The position numbers and the translations under genes are program-made. Shown here piece after piece: positions 15,069 through 64,000 of a stretch of 64,000 nt of DNA (positions within the stretch are counted from its first letter, which is position 1; every line of letters starts with the position of its first letter). This stretch comes from the human T2T-CHM13v2.0 reference genome, Homo sapiens. The stretch lies in assembly GCF_009914755.1 (NCBI RefSeq), contig NC_060932.1; one strand, written 5' to 3'. The notes under the pieces were generated by a model, which had not been told where the DNA came from, searched no databases, and worked only from the letters and a program-made list of their open reading frames with translations.

Positions 15069-15075
15069 CGCGCAC
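15033..15075. repeat. (TG)14(CG)6 compound microsatellite
   Basis: Read directly from the sequence. Confidence 0.95.
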
Positions 15076-16798
15076 CTGTACGGGTTAATGCCGATATTCT
15101 ACTTCTTCTAGAAAATTGCCTAATGAATGTGATTAGAAATGTGGCCAAAGATGTATTCTCAAATATTCACAACTTCTTTGCCCTTCGCATACTGGTGATA
15201 GAGGTTTTGGGGAGAGGGGCTGGTATTTGGGTGGAGCATGACACTGGACTCTCGCCTTTGCCCATCTTGAGAACACAGGCCATCCTCTTAATCTTTGGAG
15301 GGGGACTCACAGGATGTTTATTAACTTTATGTTTTGTGGGGGGCTTTGGGCAGGGTCCGAATGTTAGGAAAAGGGGCACAGAGCTGAAGAATGAGTCGCC
15401 TGTAATGAAGTATCACACACAGTGAGCCCTGCCTAGTGCTGGCTTGTGGGAAAAAGGAAGAATAGATCAGGAGGAAAGAAAGGTCAAGTCTAAGAAGAGG
15501 AAAGATGAGACTGGAGGATTGTGGAGGGTTCAAACCATAGCTCACAGCCCAGGGTTTCAAGTGAGGCCGAGGAGTTCATGGGGAGGGCAAGTGAGAAGCA
15601 GGGGGCACCCGGAGCAGTACTCCCTTCCCTCTGGGGAAGGGGAACAGCATGGGAGCACGCCTGGGCCTCCCAGGAGCTATAGGCAAGAGGGAGGGGTTCC
15701 TCCAGGGCAAGGAAAACAGGAAATGGGTCTCCCAGATGCCTGCAGGGCTGAGCAACCTGGTCCCACTCATGAGGATGCAGGGAAGTTCAGGGGAGAAAGC
15801 GAAGATCGGGCCAGGGCTGGAGGAAGCCACAGGAGAGTGACCACAGGACTTTCCTAACAACCAGGGCCAGCTCACCTCTCAGGAGGACCCACTGCTCCTT
15901 CCTTGACGGCTCTGTCAGAGCCCAACTGCAGCCCCAGGTGCAGCCAGAGGACCCCCCGGGAGGCTGTGGGTGAGCCAGCCCAGTGCTAGTGTCCCTGTCT
16001 CCAAAGGGAGGGGAAGAAGGAGGTGCTGGATTCAAGTCCCCAAGACTCTGTCACTTTAAGTTCCAGGGAGTCAGAGGCAGGAAACAACCCCACACCGACT
16101 TCAGCAAGCCTGAAGGAAGAGAAGGCAGGAAGGTGTGAGTCACAGCAAGAACACAGCCTGTGTTACTCAGAGCTGTTTCAGGGAAGAATGGGAGGACAGG
16201 GGCAAAAAGAAAAACAAAACCTCTACACTTCCTTTATGTAAGTTTCCATAGTTAATTTGGTCATGAATTCACACATATCTCAGGATTTTACCCTTAATTG
16301 CCTTCTTTTTATGTTTGATGTTACCAACATACTCTTCAGATATGATCATCTACTGCTTTCTCTAGTAGGAGAACAGACAAGCAAGGGAAGGTCTGCTTTT
16401 GTGAAGCAGTTCCTTCCCTCCTTGCACACAGCAGAGGCTATCTGGCCTGTTCTTTTCTCCTGTCTTCAAATTAGCGGATTCTTTCTTCTGCCTGATCAAA
16501 TCTGCTGTGGAATTTCTCTACTGGATTTTTCACTTCAGCTATTATATTTTTTTCAGTCCCAGGATTTCTACTGGGAACCTTCGAATATTTCCTATATCTT
16601 TGTGGATATTCTCTATATGTTGATACAGGTATGTATAGATATCTATAGATGCATCAATGTTTCCCCAGAAGAAAGGTGCAGGTGCTGCTCTGGGTTTCCC
16701 TAGAATATTTCCCTGCAGCCCCTGCCCATGGGCTCCTCAGCCTCACCCTTGAAGCCACGGGCTGCGAGCTATTGTTTTAATCCTCCGCAATCCTCTAG

Positions 16799-16829
<31 letters not shown>
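16799..16829. repeat. (CA)n microsatellite
   Basis: Read directly from the sequence. Confidence 0.95.
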
Positions 16830-16831
<2 letters not shown>

Positions 16832-16868
16832 CCTTTAGATATTTGAGCATGCTTAAAACTGTTGATTT

Positions 16869-17170
16869 AGGCGAGGCGTTGGCTCATGCCCATAAACCTA
16901 TCACTTTGAGAGGTGGAGTTGGGCAGATCACTTGAGGTCAGGAGTTTGAGACCAGCCTGGCCAACATGGTGAAACCGTGTCTCTACTAAAAATATAAAAA
17001 TTAGCCAGGAAATTGTGGCACACTCTTGTTATCCCAGCTACTCTGGAGGCTGAGGCACTAGAATTGCTTGAGCCCCGAAGGTGGAGGTTGCATTGAGTCG
17101 AGATGATGCCACTTCATTTTAGCCTGAATGACAGAGCAGAGCGAGACTCTGTCAGAAAAACAAACAAACC
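16869..17170 (+). mobile_element. Alu
   Basis: Alu consensus; TSD AACTGTTGATTTA. Confidence 0.88.
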
Positions 17171-17269
17171 CCAACACAACTGTTGATTTAAAGCCAAATA
17201 AGACCAATATCTCAACTTCCCCAGGTATCTGTCAATCTCTTCTTTCCCTGTACATGGACCATATTTACT

Positions 17270-18010
17270 TTGTATGCTTTTGTGGGTTGAATTTGTCTCC
17301 CTAAAGCTTATTTTGAAGCCCTATACTCTGGTACTTGTGAGTGCGTTTTTTTTTTTTTTTTTTTTGAGTCAGAGTCTCACTCTGTTGCCCAGGCTGGAGT
17401 GCAGTGGCATGATCTCAGCTGATTGCAACCTCTGCTTCCCGAGTTCAAGCTATTCACCTGCCTCAGCCTCCTGAGTAGCTGGGATTACAGGTGCGTGCCA
17501 CCACGCCTGGCTAATTTTTGTATTTTTAGTAGAGACGGGATTTCACCATGTTGGTCATGCTGGTCTCGAACTCCTGACCTCGTGATCCGCCTGCCTCAGC
17601 CTCTCAAAGTAGGTGTGAGCCACTGTGCCCAGCCATGTGATCTTATTTAGAAATGGGTTCTTTGCAGATATAATTACTTAAGAAGAGGTCATACTGGGTT
17701 AGGGTGGGCCCTAAACCGAGTGACCGGTGTCCTTAGAAGGCCATGTGAAGAGATAGGGAGACACACAGAGAGGAGAACATCCTGGGAAGACAGATGGAGA
17801 CTGAGTGAGCACCCGGAAGCCAAGGAAGGTGAAGGATAGCCAGCAGCCCCCAGAAACCAGAAGAGAGGCATGGATTATTCCTCACAGCCCACAGAGGGAC
17901 CAACCCTGCTACCACCTTGACTTTGAACCTCTAGACTGCAGAACTGTGAGGTGAATTTTTTGGAACCATAAAGTTTGCAGCAATTCGTTACAGTAGTCCT
18001 AAAACTAATG
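17270..18010 (+). mobile_element. MLT1-family LTR with an inserted Alu
   Basis: Motifs gtcatactgggttagggtgggccctaa and accttgactttgaacctctagactgcagaactgtgag. Confidence 0.65.
17346..17634 (-). mobile_element. AluS
   Basis: Alu consensus. Confidence 0.9.
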
Positions 18011-18330
18011 CGCTTTGTTAAATTCCATCACTTTTTTTTTCATTAAGCCCTCTTTTGGTTGCTATTGTAGGGCTGGATAAACTCCCTTTCATCCTCCTAG
18101 GGTCCCAGCTAGGTTGCAGAGTTAAACTGACATAACATTGATCATTGGGAGCCCCCATAAAGAAATGAAGATCCAATGAAGTAGTTAGAGTCAGTTACTC
18201 ATGCACTGAATTGGATCAAAAAAGAGTTGTGGAGAAGCAATTAAATTATGTAAAGAAGTTTAAAAGATAAGTTATTTTTAACAAGGTCTGTTCAGAATCC
18301 TCTGTTTCAACTTCTCTTCCTTGCAGATAG

Positions 18331-18694
<364 letters not shown>

Positions 18695-18977
18695 TCTTCT
18701 ACTTTTAAGAAACAACAGGAGGGTCAAAGTGATCGTTTCTCACTTGCTGTTTTCCAAGTGTCTTTAACTTAAATAGTCAATATGCTAGATTAGCATATTT
18801 TAACCCCTTCATTTCTCTCATCTGGAACTTCCCAGGTTGTTTCATGTATTAAAAGTTAAGTTGATGGCTGTGGAGAGTAGAATCAGGTTAGTAACTGAAT
18901 GGCAAGAGACCTATAAAGGAAAACGGAATATAAATTGGAACAGGCAAGACATAAGTCTAACTATATCGTCCCATAGC

Positions 18978-19275
18978 TTTTTTTTTTTGAGATGGAGTCT
19001 CACTCTGTCGCCCAGGCTGGAGTGGAGTGGCGCAATCTTGGCTAATGGCAACCTCCGCCTCCTGGGTTTGAGCAATTCTCCTGTCTCAGCTTCTCGAGTA
19101 CTGGGATTACACGTGTGTGCCACCACGCCTGGCTAATTTTTTGTATTTTAGTAGAGATGGGGTTTCACTGTGTTGGCCAGGCTGGTCTTCACCGTGTTGG
19201 CCAGGCTGGTCTCAAACTCCTGAGCTCAGACAATCCACCCGCCTCAGCCTCCCGAAGTGCTAGGATTACAGGCGA
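18978..19275 (-). mobile_element. AluS
   Basis: Alu consensus with a short internal duplication. Confidence 0.88.
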
Positions 19276-19681
19276 CCCATATCTTATTGAATAAGTCTCT
19301 TAGTCATGAGAATAGTTTTGTCCAGTTAGGCAGTTGTATCTCATTTTAGGAGATGATGTTATAGGTGGTCCTTCATCTAGGTTAGGCCTCTATAAGGTGT
19401 GGTCAATCAGTATTTAATAAGAGGCATTTCTATGGAAACGAAAGAAAAGTAAAGGTTAATGGTTGGAGCAAATTATACAAGCCCAGTTTTTGAGTCCAGA
19501 GGACAGTCAGTTGAGATTTCTAGATGTTGGGCTTGAAGCATCTTTAGATGGTGGAATGATAAGAAGTCGTGGCAATTTTGATGAATTTCCTGTTGTGTTC
19601 TTTACATCAGGTGTTCTGGTGAACTTTCTGAGCACCCCATATACCCACGGGCATGAAAATTGTCCATAGGCAAGCTGTTAC

Positions 19682-20154
19682 TGTTACTGAAACACCTGAG
19701 GATGGGTCTAGGTCCTGCTGCTTGAAACACAGAAGGTCAAGCACTGAGACACTGAGTATTGCCACGGAAATGTAGGGGTTTATATAGCAGGGAAGAAATT
19801 TAACCATAGGTAGGAATACAGGAATTAGAGAGTCATGATAAGAAATGTAACCATGTGTGGAAAAACAGGAATTAGAGAGGAGTAATGAAGAGAAGTGGGT
19901 CAACGGGAACCACCTGGCTGGTTAGGCAATCATAGTGGATGAAGAGTGTAGCATTTCACTGTTGAAATGCAATGATTTCAGGAAGTTTCAGTTCCTTGAC
20001 ACTGTCTGGGAGGCTTGATGGTGGGTTTCCTGAGAAAGGAAGTTAGATAAGACTAATGTAACTTTCTCAAGTTTTAACACTGGGAGGATCAATTTCTATG
20101 ATTTTTCAAATAAACCATAAACATCGATCCTATGAGACAGTTGGGTCTGTTTCA
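19682..20154 (-). mobile_element. LOR1-family 3' LTR
   Basis: Minus strand runs TGAAACAG...GTTTCAGTAACA and is homologous to the intron-9 LTRs. It is preceded by a polypurine tract at 20155-20170. Confidence 0.8.
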
Positions 20155-20862
20155 GTCCCTCCTTTCTACTTATTAATTCCTCAATCCCGGGGAACCTGGC
20201 CCTGGATCTTTCTGGCTGCTTCAAGCTGAGGAGGCCACCATGGGTGACCTCGTGGCCACTCAGGAATCACAGGTTAATCTAATCCTACAGTTTTCTTCTG
20301 AAATACAATCTTTCTCTCTCCATCCCCCACTTCCACCAAAGATGAATCATAGCAACATCATCTCTTATTAATATTACACAAACGTTTTCTTCAAAAGAAA
20401 CAACAAAGTTTTTACCCTTGTATGGTGTGTTATTAATGTTAAAACTCACTTTAATAAACCCATAGCAACTAATCTATTTAATTTTAATTAGTTTGACCAT
20501 AATGTAAGATTTTCATAAACCTTCTATAATGTTTTACAATTTTCTATTAAAGAGCAAATCAGTGATCCAAGGAAACCCTGTTATTCTGATACAGGGGCCC
20601 AGACTCTGGCCTTGCATCAGTGTGCTTTTGATCTTAATGCTTAATTTGTAGAAAAACTCCAGACTTATTTTATCCCTCAGAATCAGTCCTTACAATCTCA
20701 CATGCCCATCTCTTCCAAAATAGTCCCTGGGCCTAAAGGGATTGAATAGTTTTAATTTCTTGCCCTGTGTCTCATGAAGGCACTTCATTTTGATTGTCAC
20801 CTTCTCCTGGGTCTGAAGACGAAGCTTTGACTGGTGCCAATGTTCAAGATTAAGCAAGAGTT

Positions 20863-21170
<308 letters not shown>

Positions 21171-21462
21171 TTAAGCAAGAGTTGGTGCCTTTTTCAGACC
21201 CAGGAGTCAAAGTCCTTTAACTTGACAGCACAGGATTGGTTAACAGGATTTTACACTGCAGGAAGTCCTAGCATTCTCTCTAACATGTCACAGATTAACC
21301 ATGTCCAGTAGTTACTGCCTGCGGCACTTCAAACCATTATATTAAAGTGGTTAGGTTACTTATAGCATATGTCTAATGCCAACAATCTAGTGACAGAACT
21401 GTGCCCGAAAGCATCAAAAATGTGATAGGTTTTATGCCAAACTTATCAAAGTAAGACAACTA

Positions 21463-21864
<402 letters not shown>

Positions 21865-22101
21865 TTAAATATTGTACAAGAAAACAGGGACAGAGTTAAG
21901 AACAAGCACAGAATAATTTCAACTATTTCAAAAAAGCGTCATCACACCTTTCCAAGATTGTTAATCTAGACAACTGCTTAGGTAAGTTTCACCACTAGAA
22001 ACTTCAAACTGGTGCAACACTTGTATATATTTTATTTTCAAGTACACACATGAAGGCCTAAATGTAATAAAAGGGTTGGAATAAAAAATCAGTAGAAAGT
22101 T

Positions 22102-22406
<305 letters not shown>

Positions 22407-22946
22407 TCACTTTTAAAATTACTGCTTAACCCAAGTGAATGTCACTTAGTTATGGTAAACACAACTAAAGCAATTTTAGAGAAATTCTAGTCAGTATAAA
22501 TTTCTGAAGGGCAAGGCCAATCTTTCCTGAATATTAAAACTTTGTGCCCGTATCACAGTTTTTCTTCATTGCCTAAAGAAAAGGATCTGAAACCAACTTA
22601 AATTGATGGAATTGAATTTCCATGAAAAGAAATGCCATTTAAACATTTCTCCTCTCACTTGCTTTTTCAGATAACAAAATCAATAATGTTCTTTTTCTGC
22701 TGGACTTGTAAGCCTTTTTTTTTTAACAGGAAGCTTAAAGTTCTTCTATCTCTCTAGATCATCAGAGCTAAGCAAAACCAATCCAATTTTAAATGGCTGG
22801 TGTGCTCTCTCGATTTTGCAGGTTTGACCAAGGTAGCTTAGGAAGTTTAGGTAAATAGAGCAAATGATAAATGGTTGGAAATGCATAGGAAACAAAATGG
22901 CTGTTCATAGAACCAAATACAAGCCTTCCATTAGAAACTAAAACAC

Positions 22947-23248
22947 GGCCGGGCACGGTGGCTTATGCCTGTAATCCCAGCACTTTGGGAGGCTGAGGCG
23001 AGTGGATCATGAGGTCAAGAGAACGAGACCACACTGGCCAACATGGTGAAACCCCGTCTCTACTAAAAATACAAAAATTAGCTGGGCATGGTGGCGCACA
23101 CCTGTAGTCCCAGCTGTTCGGGAGGCTGAGGCAGGGGAATCACTTTAACCCAGGAGGTGGAGGTTGCATTGAGCCAAGATCACGCCACTGCACTCCAGCC
23201 TGGTGACAGAGCGAGACTCCATCTCAAAAAAAAAAAAAAAAAGAAAAG
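22947..23248 (+). mobile_element. AluS
   Basis: Alu consensus; TSD AGAAACTAAAACAC. Confidence 0.9.
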
Positions 23249-24385
23249 AAACTAAAACACGACAATGGACTTACAATTGTATGCATAAGCCAAACCCCAA
23301 GGAAAACAAACAGCAGCTAAATGCAAATTAAAAGCAAAAACAAATGAACAGGACACCAACCCCCAATTTTTTTTCCTACTCAGTTGTCTTGGAGGCTACC
23401 ATGTTACCCAGAGCCTAAAAAAAAAAAAAAAAAAAAGAATATTTTATTCCTGGTTTACGAATTAATGTCTTTAAGTCCACCAATCCCACTGTATATTTTG
23501 TGCAATTAAGAAATTCACTTTAGGCATGTGACCAGTAAGTACTTTATTGCTAGTACTATCTCTGCAAAAGAGCAGTACAGTGTGAAACAAAGCAATGCAA
23601 GCGTGGGTGTGAAATGTGGCCCCTTGTTAAATAGGACTTCATGATGAACTATATTAAAGAAGAATTGGCAAACTGCCAGTGTATTTCTTTACAATACTTC
23701 TTACTTTACCTTCATCAAGACTAAGCGCTTTAACCACGAGCAATGTCAATTAGCCAAACTTTTCAATTTTCTATCAGATTTTAAAGAATATTTTACAATG
23801 TACTTGCATGGATCATTGATGACATACTAGGACTTTCTATTTTGTCCTAAATTTTTTTCTGTCTTGTTTTAATAATCATTCAATTTATATTAGAACATAT
23901 TCATATATTCATCATACAAGACTTTTTCTCATACAAAGTTATTCTCTTTTCTTTCTAACCTTCATTACCAAAAATATATCTTCACCATAATTTTTTTCTT
24001 TTCCTTTTTTTTTTTTTTTTGTTAGAAATGAGCTTTTTGGCAGGTCACCCAGGCTGATCTTGAACTCCTAAGGTCAAGCGATCCACTTGCTTCAGCCTCC
24101 CACAGTGAGCCACCACGCCTCCCATAAATCCATAACTTACTTCACATCTCTCTCCCCTACTTACTGGTTCCTTTCTACCTTGTTTAATAAATAACCTTTG
24201 CAAGTCCATAATTAGAATTAACCTTTAGATAACTTCTGAATTAGACTAATTTATTCTTTTTCTTAATAAGAACACATCTTTGGCAAATCTTATGTACAGA
24301 ATTATACACTAACTACAATTGTTATCCTTAGTAACTTTAAATTTTAGTGAAAACTAGGAAGCAAAAAGTCCTGAACTGTCTATCA

Positions 24386-25150
<765 letters not shown>

Positions 25151-25227
25151 AACTCATTTGTTGCCTTTATTAGGTTTTTAATTGTTTAGAAAGACTGAGA
25201 TCTAAAAGGTTTTTTACATTCATGTAA

Positions 25228-25550
<323 letters not shown>

Positions 25551-25691
25551 TAACAGAGAAATTCAAATTTTAGTTTTATGTCAGTTCACTCAGTATTTAA
25601 GCTCATTTTTAAAAGTACTATAATAAATTCATTCGGTTTAATTAACTTGAGCACATATGATTCTCTCTTGTTTTCTCTAACTTTTTATTTC

Positions 25692-26095
25692 TGCTGTGAT
25701 TTTTGTGTGCCCCCAAAGTTCATGTGTTGGAAACTTAATTCCAAATGCAACAGTGGGGGGAGGTGGGACCTTTAAGGGATGATTAGATCAAGAGGGTACT
25801 TCCCACATGAATGGATTAATACATTATTGTGGGAGTGGGTTCGTTATTGCAGGAGTAGATTGGTTATAAAAGTGAGTTTGTCCCCCTCTTGCACATTTTC
25901 CCTTCCTCCCATGTATGCCCTCTTGTCCTTCCACCTTTCACCAGGTGATGAGGCCACAAGAAGGCCCTCACCAAATATGGGCCCCTTGACCTTGGACTTC
26001 CAAACCTCCAGAGCAGTAAAAAATCAATCTGCATATTTACGTAAATCACTCAGTCTCAGATGTTCTGTTATAGTAGCACAAAATAGACTAAGACA
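25692..26095 (+). mobile_element. MST/MLT1A-like LTR
   Basis: Ends ATAGTAGCACAAAATAGACTAAGACA. Confidence 0.65.
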
Positions 26096-26125
26096 ATATC
26101 CATTCAGTTTTATGTTTTTTATTGA

Positions 26126-26522
<397 letters not shown>

Positions 26523-26942
26523 AGTATATTTCATAGGTTTCAAAGAAAAAATACACCTTATTTTTCTGTTATGCTTTGCGTATAAAGTTGCTTCCCCTAA
26601 TATTTCTAGAAATTCCAATTACATTAATATGATTAATTAATAAGAATTGTTAACTTTTAGTGTCTTTAATTTCCAGTGAACACTAGAGAACTAGAAGGTA
26701 TGCAGTCATGAACTGTTTTCTTCCAAGTTTGCAAGCACACGATTTCATACTTTCTAGAAACACGATTCCTAGTCCTATGACACAGGACAGGAAATGGCAG
26801 AGGAAAGGTTTAATAGGCCCAAATATCTTTTGTTCTTCTGTAATAGGTAGGCAAAGTAAGTTCTAAATTTATGTTCAGCAATAAATGTTTCAGTATCATA
26901 TTAATATCTTATTTGGAAATGATCTAGATATTCAATACATAT

Positions 26943-28203
26943 TGCTATGGTTTGAATGTTTTTCTGCTCTGAAAATCATATTAAAACTAAATCCCCAATG
27001 TAACAGTACTCAGACGTAGGGGCTTTAAGATGTGATTCCATCATGAGGGCCCTGCCTTCATGAACAGATTAATCCTTCACAGATTAATGGGTTATCGTGA
27101 GTGTGAAGTAATTGCAATTTGTGCGTGATATGGTTTGGATCTGTGTTCCCACCAAATCTCATGTTGAATTGTAATCCCAGATGTTGGAGGTAAGGCCTGG
27201 TGGGAGGTGATTGGGTCGTGGGAGGCTTCTCATGAATGATTAACCACAATTTTGTGGTGCTGTTCTCCTGATACTGAGTGAGTTGTCCTGAGATCTGGTT
27301 GTTTGTAAGTGTGTGGCACCTTCCCCTCTCTACCTACTGCTCTGGCCATGTGAGACAGCTCACTCCCCCTTTGCCTTCTGCCATGATTGGAGGCTTCCTG
27401 AGGTCTCCTAGAAGCAGAAGCTGCCATGCTTCCTGTACAGCTTGCAGAACCGTGAGCTAATTAACTTCTTTTCTTTATAAATTACTCAGGCTTAGGTATT
27501 TCTTTATAGCAATGCAAAACAGACTAATACAGTGTGACTCTGTTGTAAAAGGCTGTTTGTCTCTCAGTGAGTCCCCTTGCCATATAATTCCTGCACCAAC
27601 TTGGGACGCTGCAGAGAGACTTTGTATTAGTTTGTTCTCACATTGCTATAAATTAGTACCAGACACTGGGTGATTTATAAAGAAAAGAGGTTTATTTGGC
27701 ACACAGGTCCACAAGCTGTACAGGAAGCATGATGCTGGCATCTGCTTGGCTTCTAGGGAGGCCTCAGGAAAGTTACAATCACAGCAGAAGGCAAAGGAAG
27801 ACAGCACTTCACATGGCCAGAGCAGGAGGAAGAGAGAATGGGGAGGTGCCACACATTTTTTAACAATCAGATCTCATGAGAACTCACTCACTGTCAGAAG
27901 GACAGTACCGAGAGGAATGGTGTTAAAACATTTATGAGAAATCTGCCCTCATAATCCAATCACCTCCACCAGGCCCCACCTCCAACACTGGGGACTACAA
28001 TTCAACATGAGACTTTGGTGGGGCCACAGATCCAAACCATATCAGAGCCCATTAGCAAGAAGGCCCTCCCTAGATTTGGCCTGTTGACTGCCCTTGGACT
28101 TCCTAGCCCCAAGAACCATAATACATAAATTTATTTTCTTTATAAAGTACCCACTCCCTACTCTGAGGTATTCAGTGATAGCAACAGAAAACAGACTAAT
28201 ACA
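26943..28203 (+). mobile_element. MST LTR with two nested MST LTRs (27126-27531 plus, 27623-28043 minus)
   Basis: Three sets of TGAT/TGCT...TAATACA termini. Confidence 0.7.
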
Positions 28204-28287
28204 AATAACCATCATTTAACTTAGGTTAATATAAGATTTTTAAGTTACCAAAAATTAAATATAAAAATATTTAAAAGTAGACATCTT

Positions 28288-28579
28288 GGCTAGGTGCAGT
28301 GGCTCACGCCCATAATCCCAGCACTTTGGGAGGCCGAGGTGGGTGGATCACGAGGTCAGGAGATCCAGACCATCCTGGTTAACACGGTGAAACCCTGTCT
28401 CTACTAAAAATACAAAAAATTAGCCAGGTTTGGTGGTGGGTGCCTGTAGTCCCAGTTACTCAGGAGGCTGAGGCAGGAGAATGGTGTGAACCCAGGAGGC
28501 GGAGCTTGCAGTGAGTGGAGATCGTTGCCACTGCACTCCAGTCTGGGTGACAAGAGACTCTGTCTCAAAAAAAAAAAAA
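28288..28579 (+). mobile_element. AluY
   Basis: Alu consensus; TSD GTAGACATCTT. Confidence 0.9.
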
Positions 28580-28806
28580 GGAGGTAGACATCTTATAAAA
28601 ATATCAAAAATACACAAACATCACATAACATAAAAAAACACAAAAATAAACACATAAAAACACACAAAATACAAAGAAACATACATTGAAAACATATGGC
28701 TCTTTTCAATCTTCTTTTTCTTTCTTGTGTTTCATATATATCAAGAAATTTATCTTTTCCTTGTGCATTTTGTTCTTCAGTTGAATTTACAGTTTTATGA
28801 TCTTAA

Positions 28807-29111
<305 letters not shown>

Positions 29112-29569
29112 ACACGTAAGTGTTTTGATTAGTAAATCCAGGTAGAAGTTGTATGTGTGAACTGTAAATAATGTTGACAACTCTTAAGAATTGTCTGTTT
29201 TAATTAAACCAAGAAACTTAAACTAGCTTTCTATTTACTAAAGATTATCTCAGATCACGTGACCTTGAAAAACATTTAGATGGGCTCCAGTTTTTCTAAG
29301 AAAATGCTCCATTTATGGAAGCAATTCTTTTCTTTCTTTTAACCAAATCTTTGCATAGGTACCAAATAACACATTTGTTTAGGATGAGAGCTGCCCACTG
29401 CCCCCGCCAAAAAAAAGTACTTTTATATACAAAAGTCCAAATTTCCAAAGGTATATGTACTTTAATTGTGACTTGAACTCAAGGTAAATAAATTAAATAA
29501 TTAATAAATTAACCTTAGCTTACTGGACGGCCACCATCTTATATGCTGTTCCCTTGACTGAAATGTTGT

Positions 29570-30105
29570 GGGGTAAATGACTATATATGAAATGGGACTT
29601 ATTGGAGGAATTAATGCATCTGATAATGGAGGTTGAGAAGTTCCACAACAGGCCATCTGCACAGCAGAGACCCTGAAATGCTGGAAGCAGGACTTAATCC
29701 AGCCCAAAAACCTAAGACCCAGGGAAGCCGATGGTGTAATTCTTAGTTCAAGGCCAAAATCCTTAGATCCTTCGGGAGGCCACTGGTGTATGCCCTGGAG
29801 TCCAAGGGCTAGAAATCCTAGACTCTGATGTCCACAGGCAGAAGAGTGTCCCAGCTCCAGGAGATCAGATGGATTTGCTTTTCCTTTTTTTTTTGTTTTC
29901 TTCTATCTTGCTCCCCAGTCTGTCGGACGGTGCCCCCCCAAATTAAGGGTAGGTCTTTTCCACTCAGTCCACCCGATCGCATGCCAATCCCCTCTGGAAA
30001 CACCCTCGAAGACATGCCCAGAAATAATGTCCCAGAAATAATGCCTTACCAGTGTTCTAGGTGTTCCTTAATCCATTCAAATTAACACCTCCAATTGACC
30101 ACCAT
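29570..30105 (-). mobile_element. MLT2-family LTR downstream of the TNFRSF10A stop codon
   Basis: Motifs ctggaaacaccctc...cccagaaataatg and aattaacacc. Confidence 0.65.
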
Positions 30106-30192
30106 GATAAGGAAACACACGGAGGCCAGCTCAGGGGAGAACCAGATTTTCCTTTGGCATGTGAGCCTCAGTCGGGCAATAATTCTTTCAAG

Positions 30193-30524
<332 letters not shown>

Positions 30525-30578
30525 TAATATGTATTAACTCCTAACACCTAAGAGGAAACCTCTGGTAAAAAGAGTCTT

Positions 30579-63929
<33,351 letters not shown>

Positions 63930-64000
63930 CCTGCCAGGTCAATCCAAGAAGCAGCGTGCTTGGCTATGACAAGACAGAACTTCGCATTCGGAGTTCAGGG

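Noticed and set aside
15444-16241. GC-rich unique-looking segment with ORFs and a minus-strand GTGAG donor near 15875
   Set aside because: No recognisable homology or consistent exon structure; a lncRNA exon or enhancer cannot be supported without expression data.

Overview
Human (hominoid) genomic DNA from the TRAIL-receptor cluster on 8p21.3, recognised from the encoded proteins. Both genes lie on the minus strand. The left end holds the start of intron 1, coding exon 1 (2716-2865) and the CpG-rich promoter of the decoy receptor TNFRSF10D (DcR2/TRAIL-R4). The right half holds the complete coding region of TNFRSF10A (DR4/TRAIL-R1): 10 exons, all introns GT-AG, 1407 nt, 468 aa, 63929 to 30579. 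The rest is transposon-dense: about 40 Alus, a solo LTR12C, two LOR1-family ERV1 elements, a full THE1A, MST/MLT LTRs, L1 remnants, Tigger3, MER elements and an RPL23A processed pseudogene. I found no convincing new gene or novel system. The best leads are: (1) an Alu that carries the tail and 3' flank of a neighbouring Alu; (2) a non-Alu inverted duplication with a templated insert in DR4 intron 1; (3) an 86-nt DR4 intron that is a frameshifted equivalent of the DR5-long retained intron; (4) an LTR12C oriented towards TNFRSF10D; (5) a ~120-bp target-site duplication; (6) a 69-bp near-perfect palindrome. Repeat family names come from recalled consensus features, not a database search, and repeat coordinates are approximate.
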